Below, in pieces: positions 25,001-34,300 of a DNA stretch of 64,000 bases (positions are counted from its first letter, which is position 1; each line of letters starts with the position of its first letter). The stretch comes from a virus. Location: IMG/VR virus record IMGVR_UViG_3300017969_000006, positions 1-64,000 of that record; one strand, 5' to 3'. The translations under genes were made by a program, and so were the position numbers. The notes beneath the pieces were generated by a model. The model did no database searches and was not told the DNA's origin. It saw only the letters and a program-made list of their open reading frames with translations.

Positions 25001-27856
25001 GAGAATGCTGAGGTTTCCAGCAACAGTCAGGTTTCCGTCAATTCGGGCATCTTCCCGAACGCGGATATCGTCGAAAACTTCCGAAACGATATTGAGTCGA
25101 TAGCAGCCCGGGTTCGAGGCGAGAAGAACTTCTGCGATTTCGACCGCGTAGTTCGGGTAGGTCGGCGGGTTGGTTGTTAGTCCACCCGGAGTTGCAGCCG
25201 ACAAGTGGAGTCGATCGCCAACGGAGTACGACGAGAGGTCGATGCCGAGAAGAATTCCGTCGATGATGATGAAACCATGGGCGCCGTTAGCGATGGTCGC
25301 CTTGGTAATACCGGCAACGTTGATTTTGTCAGGATCGCTCGCATCGGCAAGGGCGATAGTTGGAATAGCAGAATTTTCCCCGGTGTAGTAAACAACCGAC
25401 CCGGCGGCAATGCTGGCCCCCGAGTTGTTGTATACGTACAGGGCGCGCTCCTGACCGAGCGCAATATCGACACCGGTCTGGCTGGTGTCCATGCGGAGAG
25501 CATCGTTTGTGGAGTCGTACCAAACGCGGCTTTCCGCGTGGGTCGGCCTCGACATGGGTGTGTACGACGAAACATCCCAATCGATGTAGTCGGTGTCGAG
25601 ATGGTTCGGAGTGTCGTTAGCGCGACCCGCACCAAGAATGAGGATTTCGCCAGTGGTTGTGTCCTGACGAACCACACGACCGATCGCCTGAATCTTGTCG
25701 TCCTCGCCAGTCGGCCGTGTCGAGGTTAGGCCGCCACCGTCGGCAACATACAAAACTGTGTTAACGCTGTAAGCGTTAGTGTTCATGCTTTCGATGACAC
25801 CCAGAATTACCGCATGACCTTCAGCGTTATTTTCCAATTCGGCTGTGGTAATACCCAACGCTGGCATGGTCGAGGCGGTAGCCGCATCAGACGGTGAAAC
25901 CTCGGTGGCTCCACTCGCCCCAACAGATCCCGTAGCGTAAACCGGAGTACCCTTAGCAATCGTTGAACCACTGGTGTTCTTGACATGCAGATACACAGGG
26001 CCAGCCAACTGGCCGTGAATATGTGAAGCATCAAGCAGACTATTGACAGTTACATCTTCGAACGTGACGTTTGCCGTCGAGTCGAGCGTGATTGTCGGGG
26101 TGGCACCTTCACCAGAGTTGTTGGTCAGGGTGACACCGTTACCCGCGACAAGACTTTGTACGTAGTCCCCGGTCGTATCGGTCCCCAGAGCAATACTGTT
26201 GGCTTGGATTGTCGTTGTGATGTCGACGTTGGCCGTGCCATCAAAGGAGACTGATCCAGCAACATCCCCGCTAAGGGAGATTGTTCGAGCAGTTTCAAGT
26301 GCAGTTGCCGTGTCCGCATTGCCGGTCACATCACCAGTGACGTCTGCTGTTACGGTGTTGAAAGTTACGTCACTTGTGGTTTCTACTGCCTGACCAATGG
26401 CGACAGTTGGGGTTGATCCTTCACCAGAGTTGTTTGAGAGCGTTACACCGGTTCCGGCAGTGAGATTTTCTACGTAATCACCAACGGTGTCGGTACCCAA
26501 ATTGATTTGGTCATTGACCCAAGCGGAGCCATTCCACTTTAAGAAATCACCGGTGGTAGCCGATGTGATTGTAACGTCCGAACGACCTGTAGTAAGGGTC
26601 AAATCTGGGGTTGTTTGCACCCAAGTCGAAGTGGAAGAATCATAAAGAATGATGTCGCCATTTGATGGGTTGCCGACACTGACATTGGCGATCTGGTTGA
26701 ATTCGGTTGGGAAGGGGTAGTACGTCGTACCATCGTTTGTCCATTCCCATGCGTCAGAAGTTTCGTTCCAACGCAGGAGAACATTTGCTGATGTTCCACG
26801 CTCAATCTCAATTCCGGCATTTGTTGATGGTGCTCCGGTGACATTGGAATTAAGTGTGACAATATTGTCTTCAACCGCAAGGGTTTCAGTGTTAAGTGTC
26901 GTGGTGGTTCCGTTAACAGTAAGGTCGCCATCGACGGTGACATCATTAAACGTGACGTCACTTGTGGTTTCGACTGCCTGACCAATTGCAACGGTGGGCG
27001 TATTACCTTCACCCGTTCCGCCAGTGATAGTTACACCCGTGCCAGCGGTGACGCCCTCCGTGTAATTACCCGTGGTGTCGGTGCCAAGAGCAACTGAATC
27101 AGCCTGAATCGTTGCGGCAATATCAACGTTGGCAGTTCCGTCAAATGACACTGAGCCAACAACGTCTCCGCTCAACGAAATGGTTCGCGCTGTTTCAAGA
27201 GAGGTGGCAGTGTCTGCGTTGCCGGTCAGGTCTCCAGTGAGTCCGTTGCTTGTCGACAGCCCGCCAGAAAGTGAAATGTCGGTTCCATCGCTGCTGATTG
27301 TCGCTCCACCGAGGTCAATCGAGGAGCCCGACAAGTAGATGTCGCGGAAGCGCGCCGAACTTGAACCCAAGTCGTAAGAAACGTCAGCATCAGGAAGAAT
27401 GTTTCCGCCAACAGTGATTCCGGCATCGGTTGTAACCGTGTTGAAAGTGACGTCATCCGTGGTTCCAACGGACTGGCCAATTGCGATCGTTGGCGTAGCG
27501 CCTTCACCAGAGTTGTTGGTAAGAGTGACGCCAGTTCCAGCGGTGAGGCTCTCAACGTAGTCGCCTACCGAGTCCGTGCCGAGATTGACGGCATCGTTAA
27601 TCCACGCGGATCCGTTCCAGCGGAGGAAGTCGCCATCCGCAGCAGAGGTGATTGTGACATCACTAATGTCATTCAATACACCGGCGTTAAGAGTATTGAG
27701 GTATCCAAGGCTGGTCCAAGCGGTCGAACCATCGCCGACTTTCATCTTGGCCGTATCGGACTCGTAACCTACTTCACCGTTAGCAAGGGTGGGGTTGGCC
27801 GAGGTCCAAGAAGCAGCCGTGCCTCTCCGGAACTGGATTACGACATTTGCGCTCAT
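22022..27856 (-). CDS. Long tail fibre protein with Mtd_N-like N-terminal domain
   Basis: IQFRRGTAASWTSANPTLANGEVGYESDTAKMKVGDG; three ETARTIxLSGDV modules; many DVxITS..GDxLxWNGxAWVN repeats; TGTPTAPTA motif. Confidence 0.88.
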   Translation of the reverse strand: MSANVVIQFRRGTAASWTSANPTLANGEVGYESDTAKMKVGDGSTAWTSLGYLNTLNAGVLNDISDVTITSAADGDFLRWNGSAWINDAVNLGTDSVGDYVESLTAGTGVTLTNNSGEGATPTIAIGQSVGTTDDVTFNTVTTDAGITVGGNILPDADVSYDLGSSSARFRDIYLSGSSIDLGGATISSDGTDISLSGGLSTSNGLTGDLTGNADTATSLETARTISLSGDVVGSVSFDGTANVDIAATIQADSVALGTDTTGNYTEGVTAGTGVTITGGTGEGNTPTVAIGQAVETTSDVTFNDVTVDGDLTVNGTTTTLNTETLAVEDNIVTLNSNVTGAPSTNAGIEIERGTSANVLLRWNETSDAWEWTNDGTTYYPFPTEFNQIANVSVGNPSNGDIILYDSSTSTWVQTTPDLTLTTGRSDVTITSATTGDFLKWNGSAWVNDQINLGTDTVGDYVENLTAGTGVTLSNNSGEGSTPTVAIGQAVETTSDVTFNTVTADVTGDVTGNADTATALETARTISLSGDVAGSVSFDGTANVDITTTIQANSIALGTDTTGDYVQSLVAGNGVTLTNNSGEGATPTITLDSTANVTFEDVTVNSLLDASHIHGQLAGPVYLHVKNTSGSTIAKGTPVYATGSVGASGATEVSPSDAATASTMPALGITTAELENNAEGHAVILGVIESMNTNAYSVNTVLYVADGGGLTSTRPTGEDDKIQAIGRVVRQDTTTGEILILGAGRANDTPNHLDTDYIDWDVSSYTPMSRPTHAESRVWYDSTNDALRMDTSQTGVDIALGQERALYVYNNSGASIAAGSVVYYTGENSAIPTIALADASDPDKINVAGITKATIANGAHGFIIIDGILLGIDLSSYSVGDRLHLSAATPGGLTTNPPTYPNYAVEIAEVLLASNPGCYRLNIVSEVFDDIRVREDARIDGNLTVAGNLSILGTQSTVSVNNLAVDDSWIYLNGGNTIQTTSFSGSGLNDGTLVGHFSGTSSTTYYVRIDGVGTGTGGVDTFEWSTDNFSTTEATGVDVSTSPTALSDGISIEFVATTGHTSGDTWSGTASPVNIDLGFAGNYNDGTYAHTGFFRDTSDGYWKVFDGYTPEVDGDVNTGHASFNLADMQAANFRGDLVGNADTATALETARTIELSGDVVGSVSFDGTGDVNISATIQANSVALGTDTTGDYVQNLVAGTGVSLSSTTGEGDTPTVSIGQDVATNADVTFNTVTLGAAPTQATHAATKSYVDNLAAGIDWHEAAKLATATTLPDSPTYSNGTSGEGATLTAGSQVRLVIDGTNASTGDRVLVKNQSNAYENGVYDVTAQGALGSAAWVLTRAEDFDGTQPGGVQPGEAIFVLSGSTNARQGFVVTSTNDPHTIGTDSIAFTQFTGTQAFTAGDGLSQTGNTLNIGTADSGRIVVNADTLDLGSVTVGSTTGSNTSDFVSSITTDAYGRVTSIETSNVGQDLLTTSDVTFNSVSAALTGNVTGNVTGDVTGDVTGDVTGNLTGNVTGNVTGTVSDISNHNLNGLGNVTITTASSGDLLKWNGTAWVNDGLTNLSDVGDVSLSSTTTNDLLVWNGSAWVNDTIASVNQIDDVTITSATTGDILEWNGSAWVNTTLAFDDLSDVDMVSLAPSTGDIAYFDGSNWVPYPLTIQNAGGVSTSSETTGDILLYDGTNYANTAHTLGNITNVTLTSEADGEFLKYNGTAWVNASIPEINTLNDVGNVTITSAASGEVLQWNGTAWVNVDILANTDLTGTPTAPTAATTTNTTQVATTAFVQQELAALVDAAPATLDTLNELAAALGDDANFSTTVTNSLALKAPLASPTFTGTVTLPAGTSVLHDYDAYGANHTLVAVNEGHTLEVSAAATITVPPNSSVAFPVGTVVHIIQTGTGTATVAAGSGVTINAAVGLKTREQWSMITLHKRGTDTWLLTGDAKA
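23297..23400. repeat. 12-bp tandem repeat encoding TGNV/TGDV
   Basis: LTGNVTGNVTGDVTGDVTGDVTGNLTGNVTGNVTG in tail fibre. Confidence 0.8.
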
Positions 27857-28585
27857 TTACACTCCACCTGCGTCAATAGATACATGAGCCCGGAGCCAAG
27901 TGGTTGGTGAGCCACCATCAGCCGAAATCACATCTTGCCATGAATAATTGTAGTCTGTAGCGTCGTTCTTCGTTAGCACCTGTCCGGTAGCCCCTCCCGC
28001 AGGAAGAGCGTAAAAGGTGCTTGCCTCCCACTGGGCGGTTGAAGAGTTGTACTGGAGAACCTGTCCGTCGGTTGGGCTTGATGCATCAACGTCAGATAGT
28101 GAGTTCAGATCAATGGCGCCAGTCGCGCTTACCCACTGATTTCCGGTTCGGACGTACAGAATTCCGTCGTCGGTGTCGAACCACATGTCACCGTCGGCGA
28201 TATTGTTGGTCGGCGCAGAGGTTGAAAGTTCGACACTTGCGCTGCCAGCCTTGACCCAAGCGCCTTGGCTGCGAAGGTACAGGCGGTCCTCGTCGACATC
28301 GATGGCCATAGCGCCATCCGGGAGACTGGTGGTCGGCGGCCCGCTAGTAGTTAAAGTAATTACACCGTTTGATGCATACAGGGTGTCATCAGTTTTGAGT
28401 GTGGTGGCATCCGACCTATAAAGGTTTACATCACCAGCACCCGAACCATCACCCCAAGTGAGCCGTCCGCCTGCATCAATCCTCAGCCGAGCATTTGAAT
28501 CACCGCTGACACGCGCGGAAATTGCTTCGTCTCCCGCATTGGCGAATTCGACGCCCCTTACGGGCGTGCCTACAAATCGTGTCAT
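27857..28585 (-). CDS. Tail fibre-associated structural protein
   Basis: SAP..GDMWFDT and LSDVD...DGQVLQYN motifs shared with phage fibres. Confidence 0.65.
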   Translation of the reverse strand: MTRFVGTPVRGVEFANAGDEAISARVSGDSNARLRIDAGGRLTWGDGSGAGDVNLYRSDATTLKTDDTLYASNGVITLTTSGPPTTSLPDGAMAIDVDEDRLYLRSQGAWVKAGSASVELSTSAPTNNIADGDMWFDTDDGILYVRTGNQWVSATGAIDLNSLSDVDASSPTDGQVLQYNSSTAQWEASTFYALPAGGATGQVLTKNDATDYNYSWQDVISADGGSPTTWLRAHVSIDAGGV

Positions 28586-28637
28586 GGTGAATCAGCCTCA
28601 ACTGTTTCGTTGTTAGTGCCCCTCAAGGCAGAATTTT

Positions 28638-29996
28638 TTAGCCGCTGATGACCACCCGATATGCGCCAGAAGCAGGCGCAACCGAGAAGGAAACATCAAC
28701 TTGGTTGGCGTTCGTCCGCACAACATCAGTAATCACAGTGTCATAGGTATTGCTGTCGTATACCTGAACGGTGACGTCGCGAGTGCCAAAGTTGTGAACG
28801 ATCGAGAAAGTGGTGTCAGTCGCATTACCGACAGTTTGGGCTGAAACCCGCGCCAAAGTCGGGGTGCTTGTGGTAAGGCCCGTCGCCGATGTCGCGGCGA
28901 GATTGTCGCGAGCGTCAGCCTCCGTACTGGCGTTCGTGCCACCATTTGCGATTGGAAGCAGGCCGCTGACACCGTTGCCAGATGCACTCGTGAGATCAAT
29001 CGTGTCAGTCGACAGAACACCTGAGGTAAACGTGATTCCAGTGCCCGCAATGTTGGAGTCAAGAGCAAGACCATCAGCGGTAGTTGTCAACCCGTCATAA
29101 TTGGTGTCAATCTTGATTTGAAGATCGTCGGAAGCAATTTCGATGCCACCGTCACTCGCAACATTTACGTTAAGAACATCACCAGTTTTTGATAGGCCGT
29201 CACCAGCAAGAATCGTTCCAGCCACCGAGAAGAGCGCAAATTCAAGCCCTGTCGTGCCGAGCGTAATTGTGCCATTGTTCGTGAGAACCCAACCGGCATC
29301 GGCATTGATCGTGCCTTCTTCAACGAAGGTGAACATTCCGGGAGTGACCTCATCGGCGCTGTCTGCGTCAGTTGCTCGAACCGCTGCTCCAGATGCTTGA
29401 ACGATATAAATGCCGTTTTCGGAAGCAGAAGTCTGATCTTTGACAAGGACGCGATCCCCAGCGACCAGAGTCACACCATCTATAGTGTCTCCAGCCTCAA
29501 GGTCGGTAGTGATACTTAGGTTGGTGGTTGTTGCTGCACGGACCGAGGCCTTAACGTCAAGACCGGTGCGAGCCGCGTCAACGTATGCCTTGTTGGCGGC
29601 GTCCAGATCGTTTACCGGAGCGGAAACCTGAAGTCGTCCACCAGAATCGCGCAGGGCAATTGTCGAGCCAGTGTTTTGTGAGGTCTTGTTATCAAGGGCC
29701 TGCTTATCGGTGCCATTCAGCAGTCCGGATGCGCCAGAGGGGACTGAGTCAGCGATCGAGAAGGTGACTGAACCGTTGGATTCCGTAATGGTGAGAGCGG
29801 TCGTCAGAGACGAGAGTGCGTGGAGTGCTTTACGCCAGCCGGTGCCGTCATAGACTTTGAGTACCTTTTCGGTACTGTTGTAGATCAGTCGACCCTCAAA
29901 GTTGTTTGTAGTGGGGTCAGCGGAGAGGCTCTCGAAGCGACCATTGAGCAACTGATTCTGATTGAGGTCGAGATTCGTTACAAATTTTTGCGCCAT
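28638..29996 (-). CDS. Tail fibre/collar-like structural protein
   Basis: AANKAYVD..GLDVKASVRAATT, GDRVLVKDQ...ENGIY module also present in 22022..27856; C-terminal HNFGTRDV. Confidence 0.75.
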   Translation of the reverse strand: MAQKFVTNLDLNQNQLLNGRFESLSADPTTNNFEGRLIYNSTEKVLKVYDGTGWRKALHALSSLTTALTITESNGSVTFSIADSVPSGASGLLNGTDKQALDNKTSQNTGSTIALRDSGGRLQVSAPVNDLDAANKAYVDAARTGLDVKASVRAATTTNLSITTDLEAGDTIDGVTLVAGDRVLVKDQTSASENGIYIVQASGAAVRATDADSADEVTPGMFTFVEEGTINADAGWVLTNNGTITLGTTGLEFALFSVAGTILAGDGLSKTGDVLNVNVASDGGIEIASDDLQIKIDTNYDGLTTTADGLALDSNIAGTGITFTSGVLSTDTIDLTSASGNGVSGLLPIANGGTNASTEADARDNLAATSATGLTTSTPTLARVSAQTVGNATDTTFSIVHNFGTRDVTVQVYDSNTYDTVITDVVRTNANQVDVSFSVAPASGAYRVVISG

Positions 29997-30008
29997 TGAT
30001 GACTCCCG

Positions 30009-30320
30009 TTACGTGAGATAGGCAAAGCCAGAAAAAGGAGCCGTAAACTCCAACCGAACTTCACTGTTACTTACATATGATACATCACCAAAAACGACTG
30101 TATCGGCAGAATCAACAACCATCACGGACGGTTTCCCACCCAAAGTGTGATTAATTGTCCACGTTTGGGATGGCGATCCTTGAGTGTGCACGTGACGTCT
30201 GGTGTTGGTCCCACCAGCACTGAGCCGCACCTCGATAATTGTTGGGGCTTCTTCGTCAACCGTAACCTGATTGGGAGAGTCCTGATAGACGTAAACCTGA
30301 TTTGGAACTGAGTTGCTCAA
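30009..30320 (-). CDS. Small tail-associated structural protein
   Basis: HTQ..PSQTWTINHTLGGKPSV.VVDS...F.APFSG.AYL. Confidence 0.65.
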   Translation of the reverse strand: MSNSVPNQVYVYQDSPNQVTVDEEAPTIIEVRLSAGGTNTRRHVHTQGSPSQTWTINHTLGGKPSVMVVDSADTVVFGDVSYVSNSEVRLEFTAPFSGFAYLT

Positions 30321-30694
30321 CGTGTCACCTCCAAGGACAATGTAAATGTCCCCTTCAAGACACGACTCACAACGCCAGCACCAGAAATAATTTCCAAGTC
30401 GTACACACCGTCAGATGTCAACGATGCAGTCGTCGAATCATCCATTGACAAAACGATGCGACCTTTTACGCCTGCCGGTTCAATCGAAATACGCCCATTT
30501 TCAGTAGTTAACTCAACCTGAAACGACGTCGATTCAGTTGTGCGACGTACCTGCATACGGGCCGTATAGTTCTCGAGATCCATCTCCTGATACGTGGTAC
30601 CAGTAGGATCGGTAGGATCTGGTTCCTTCAGAACTATGTCACGGGTAAAAGTAGCCCCTTGTTCGCATGTAATGTTGTATACACCTGCAATCAT
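30317..30694 (-). CDS. Beta-sandwich virion structural protein (fibre adaptor-like)
   Basis: YNI.CEQGATF, YTARMQVR, GVYDLEI...VSRVLKG.F.LS.EVTR. Confidence 0.7.
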   Translation of the reverse strand: MIAGVYNITCEQGATFTRDIVLKEPDPTDPTGTTYQEMDLENYTARMQVRRTTESTSFQVELTTENGRISIEPAGVKGRIVLSMDDSTTASLTSDGVYDLEIISGAGVVSRVLKGTFTLSLEVTR

Positions 30695-30736
30695 GGGCGC
30701 CTCTTCCCTCTAAACCTACTTAATTGTAGATCAGAG

Positions 30737-30753
30737 ACCCGGTTAAACCGGGT
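30737..30753. terminator. Inverted repeat just downstream of holin, possible terminator or operator
   Basis: ACCCGGTT-A-AACCGGGT. Confidence 0.4.
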
Positions 30754-30766
30754 AAATTCGCGCCGA

Positions 30767-30982
30767 TCAGAGAACGGAAGCCGAATTTTTGTTCGGTCCA
30801 ACCTTCTTCAGGCCCATGCTCATGGCAATCGAGAGCGCAACAGCGACAACGCCGGCTTTCAGATTGTCGGAACTAGCGAGGCCGTCGAAGTCGGCTCCCG
30901 TGGCCATCCAAACGCCGAGATACGCCTGAACGAAAGTTTTCGCAGCGCGCTCAACAGAGTCTTTGATAAAGTTCATGTTCAT
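30767..30982 (-). CDS. Holin, r1t-like
   Basis: FIKDSVERAAKTFVQAYLG, two hydrophobic segments, GGGAGG RBS; start reassigned. Confidence 0.75.
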   Translation of the reverse strand: MNMNFIKDSVERAAKTFVQAYLGVWMATGADFDGLASSDNLKAGVVAVALSIAMSMGLKKVGPNKNSASVL

Positions 30983-31037
30983 TTTGACCTCCCGGTCGTG
31001 TGTGCGGTGTGCACCTATATTATACCAAACAAGGAGG

Positions 31038-31346
31038 TCAGTTGATGACTTCCATGTACAACAGGACCTGCCCGGTTCGGTTTTCTTGAGCATCAACCTC
31101 GGCTTTCGTAGCAACCCTCTGCCAACCTGAACCATCATAGAAATGTGGCCGCTTCAAGTCGGTATTGCCGTCCGATTCATGCTCAATGTACGTCATTGTC
31201 CCTGAATCTCGAAACGATCCAAGGCCAGAATCGGCAGCGGAAATCGTGTCAAAGTACATGACCGACTGTTGCATCAAATACTCATTCATTTGCGTGGCAG
31301 TCAGCACCGTTTCGGGCTGAAACTCCATGAAACCTGAACCAGACAT
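31038..31346 (-). CDS. Minor tail/structural protein
   Basis: F....VLTA.QMNEYLMQQSVM.F...GTMTYI...YDGSGW pattern of actinophage tail proteins. Confidence 0.6.
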   Translation of the reverse strand: MSGSGFMEFQPETVLTATQMNEYLMQQSVMYFDTISAADSGLGSFRDSGTMTYIEHESDGNTDLKRPHFYDGSGWQRVATKAEVDAQENRTGQVLLYMEVIN

Positions 31347-31367
31347 AATCTCTCCTTATACCCAATA

Positions 31368-34300
31368 CTACACGTTTTCGGCGCCGAAGCCGCCAAGTTC
31401 AAAAAGGTCCAAACGGCCAACACCAACGTTGTTCAATGTCAAATAGATTGCGTCCTGAACGGCATGCGAGAACACGAAACCCATCGGGCGAGCAAGTTCA
31501 GCAATATTCAACACAGTCATAGAAGAATTCGTGACTGGATCAACATCTGGTGTTTCAGACTCAACTGTTCTAATATGGATACGCCAATCGATACCACGAT
31601 AATTAGGGCTAAGAGCAACAGTTTTATCTCCGGACAACACCTGCTGGACAGTAGAAACAATCGCGTCACGAGAACCCGATGCCCAACCGAACGAAGCATC
31701 TGACATCTGATAAATCGCGAATGCTTCAGCCTCTGTCGTATTGAAATGCGAACTAGACGTGACGGTCGTTGGCAATGCCAGCGCTGGCCCATCCACAGCA
31801 TACACATACCCAGTAAAAATTTCTGGCGAGGTAGTGGTGAAACTGTCCCATTGTGGTGAACCCGGATAACCATAGATCCGTTCAACACTGGAATAACCGA
31901 TCCACGTCAAATCACCAGTCGCCACACCTTGCCGCGCGAGACTACCGCCATAACCAAGAATGGCGATAGGACATTCAGGGTCTGAGGAGTTTAATCGCTG
32001 ATCCCAATAAGTTCCCGAATACTTGTATTTAAACCAATCGATGCCGTCGTAAACATAAAAGATGTCACCTCTCCTCATATCTGAAAGAGTTCCGACGATA
32101 CCGGGATCAACATCAAAGGAACCCGCAATCATGTTGATGACCTGTATGAACTTAGACGGTCCAATATAGTCAGCGTGGATTGAACTATAGGCATTTGTGT
32201 TGGGTCTCTTCAGGGAAATACCCATCTGCTCGAGGGTCAAGCCTGCCTGATACTCCGTTCGCCGACTTCGGCCTGCCATCCCGACACCGTAATGACTCCA
32301 AGATAGATAATTGAAAGAGTACCAAATGCTGTTGTCAACGCTGCCGTCGCTGTTGGGAGTTATCGCAGGCTTATAACCGGAATAAAACGCGTGGATCCAA
32401 CCTGATTCTCGAACACCCAAACTTTTTAGGTTTGATTCATACAATGTGGGCCGCCCATTGTAAATCCAAAGGTTTGGACCGAGGTCTTCAACGTGACTGA
32501 ACATGCCTGCTGTTATCATGTTTCCGTCGTAACTCATACGTACAGTCGAGCCTAAACGAGTTTGAAAACTGGTGGACTGCGGAGACATTCTGTGCGGGCC
32601 GGCAAGAATAATGTCTTGCCCTCCACCAGCAATTGATGACTCATAAACTTTGTAATCGAAGGCCGGGGTTTGACCTGCTTCCATAACCTCCCAACTTGCA
32701 GAGGATGAATTCCACCTAAACGCTTGCAAGAAACCGGAGTCAGCCGCGTTGATCAGAACATCGTCATGGTACAAGCCCAACAGTCCACCCGGGCATCCAA
32801 TTACAACAGATTGACCGTCCCCACTAATATCACACGATGTAAAATTTCCCCAAAAGTTAACCGTCTCATAACCAGAACCGAGGTAAAACTCATTCAGTGC
32901 GCCGCCAAAAGCGCTGTCATATGTCGACGACATATCCCAAGTTGTAGGGAAAACGATCTCCTGAGGAGTCAAGGCGTAAAGGTCGGGTGTTTCCATCCAC
33001 GAACCGCGCTGCTTCCATACGCCGGCAGACTGTCGGTCAAACACCGCCATGCGGTAAGTGAAAGAAGTAGACGATCCTAAACCTTCGTGCGAAGCCGCCC
33101 TCGCCGCAATCAAATCCTGTCTAGAGACACCGCCAGAAATAACAATGCTGGTTCCATCCTCATTCAGACGGGCACACGGTCTCCATAAAGACCAAGAATC
33201 ACTATTGTCATAGTTGAAAGTAAGAAGGTCATCGAAAGAGAAATCTTGAACCCATCGCTGACCATCCCAAACAAAAATGTACACGTTCCTCATCGAAGTT
33301 ACGCTCAGCACCGAACCATCAGGTGTGATATCGATATACGTGCCGAACCCACCATTCTCCATATCCCAATTGTCCAATTGCGATGCCACAGATGGAGGCG
33401 TAACTGTTTCTCCGTCCACATAAATGGGATCACCACGTTGCACATATTCCAAAGCATCAGGGTCCCAGTCAAAAACGTAAACACATCCTTGATCGTGGCC
33501 CCAAAACAATCCGTACTGATAGTCCGTTACGGTTGTTTCTTCAGGATTCCAGTTAACTGCTGATGCGAACACAGTATTGCCGTCATCAGTAATCGCAACA
33601 TCGTAACCAAACTTAGTGAACAGTCGATCACTGGGACTCTCAATGATTCTGAAAGCCAATCCATGATCATAATCAGTTGTCTCACTCGGAGGAGAACCAG
33701 ACCAACTCTTTCGTGGCCAGTCTTCTGGCCAGAGAGTGTCATTGACTGATTTCACCCAGTCAATTACGACAACATTGCTCTTTTGTATGTATTGTTGCAA
33801 CGTTCGATCTTGCGTCGTATACGGTTGACCATAAATCGAAAACTCGCCATATGAAGTTGTGTAAGCCGAATGCGAGTAATTAGTAACCCTATCTGGGTCA
33901 TTAAACACGGCAAGTTGCAGTTGTCGAGCGGATGCGTCAAACCAAGGCATTAAAGCGTACTTGCCTTGGTTCGTCACATAGGATGCTGTCTGAGCGTCTT
34001 GGTGGGCGCCGCGAATAAATAAACTTGTCGGATCGTATTGACTATTGCCGCCACCGTAGTTTGCGTCCGGAGTAGTGCGGGTGGTCCGAGCACCTGTATT
34101 GCCGTCAACGATGACAGCGCCAGCCATTTGTTGAAACGCAAACAGCGCCTTCTTGTCAGACATTGACCAATGCATGCGATCAGGGCCATCAGAATATTTA
34201 TGGAACCTTATAAGGATCCAAACAAGTGGGGAGAACAGTGTATCTACTGCCACACGCAAAGAAACTGGAATTGAATACAGTTCACCGTCAATGGAATCTT

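Noticed and set aside
22022-27856. Diversity-generating retroelement suggested by the Mtd_N-like domain
   Set aside because: No reverse transcriptase and no template/variable repeat pair seen in this window.
28590-28632. Possible structured RNA between fibre genes (GCCTTGA...TTGAGGC on minus strand)
   Set aside because: Only a short G-U-containing stem; not supportable without covariation data.
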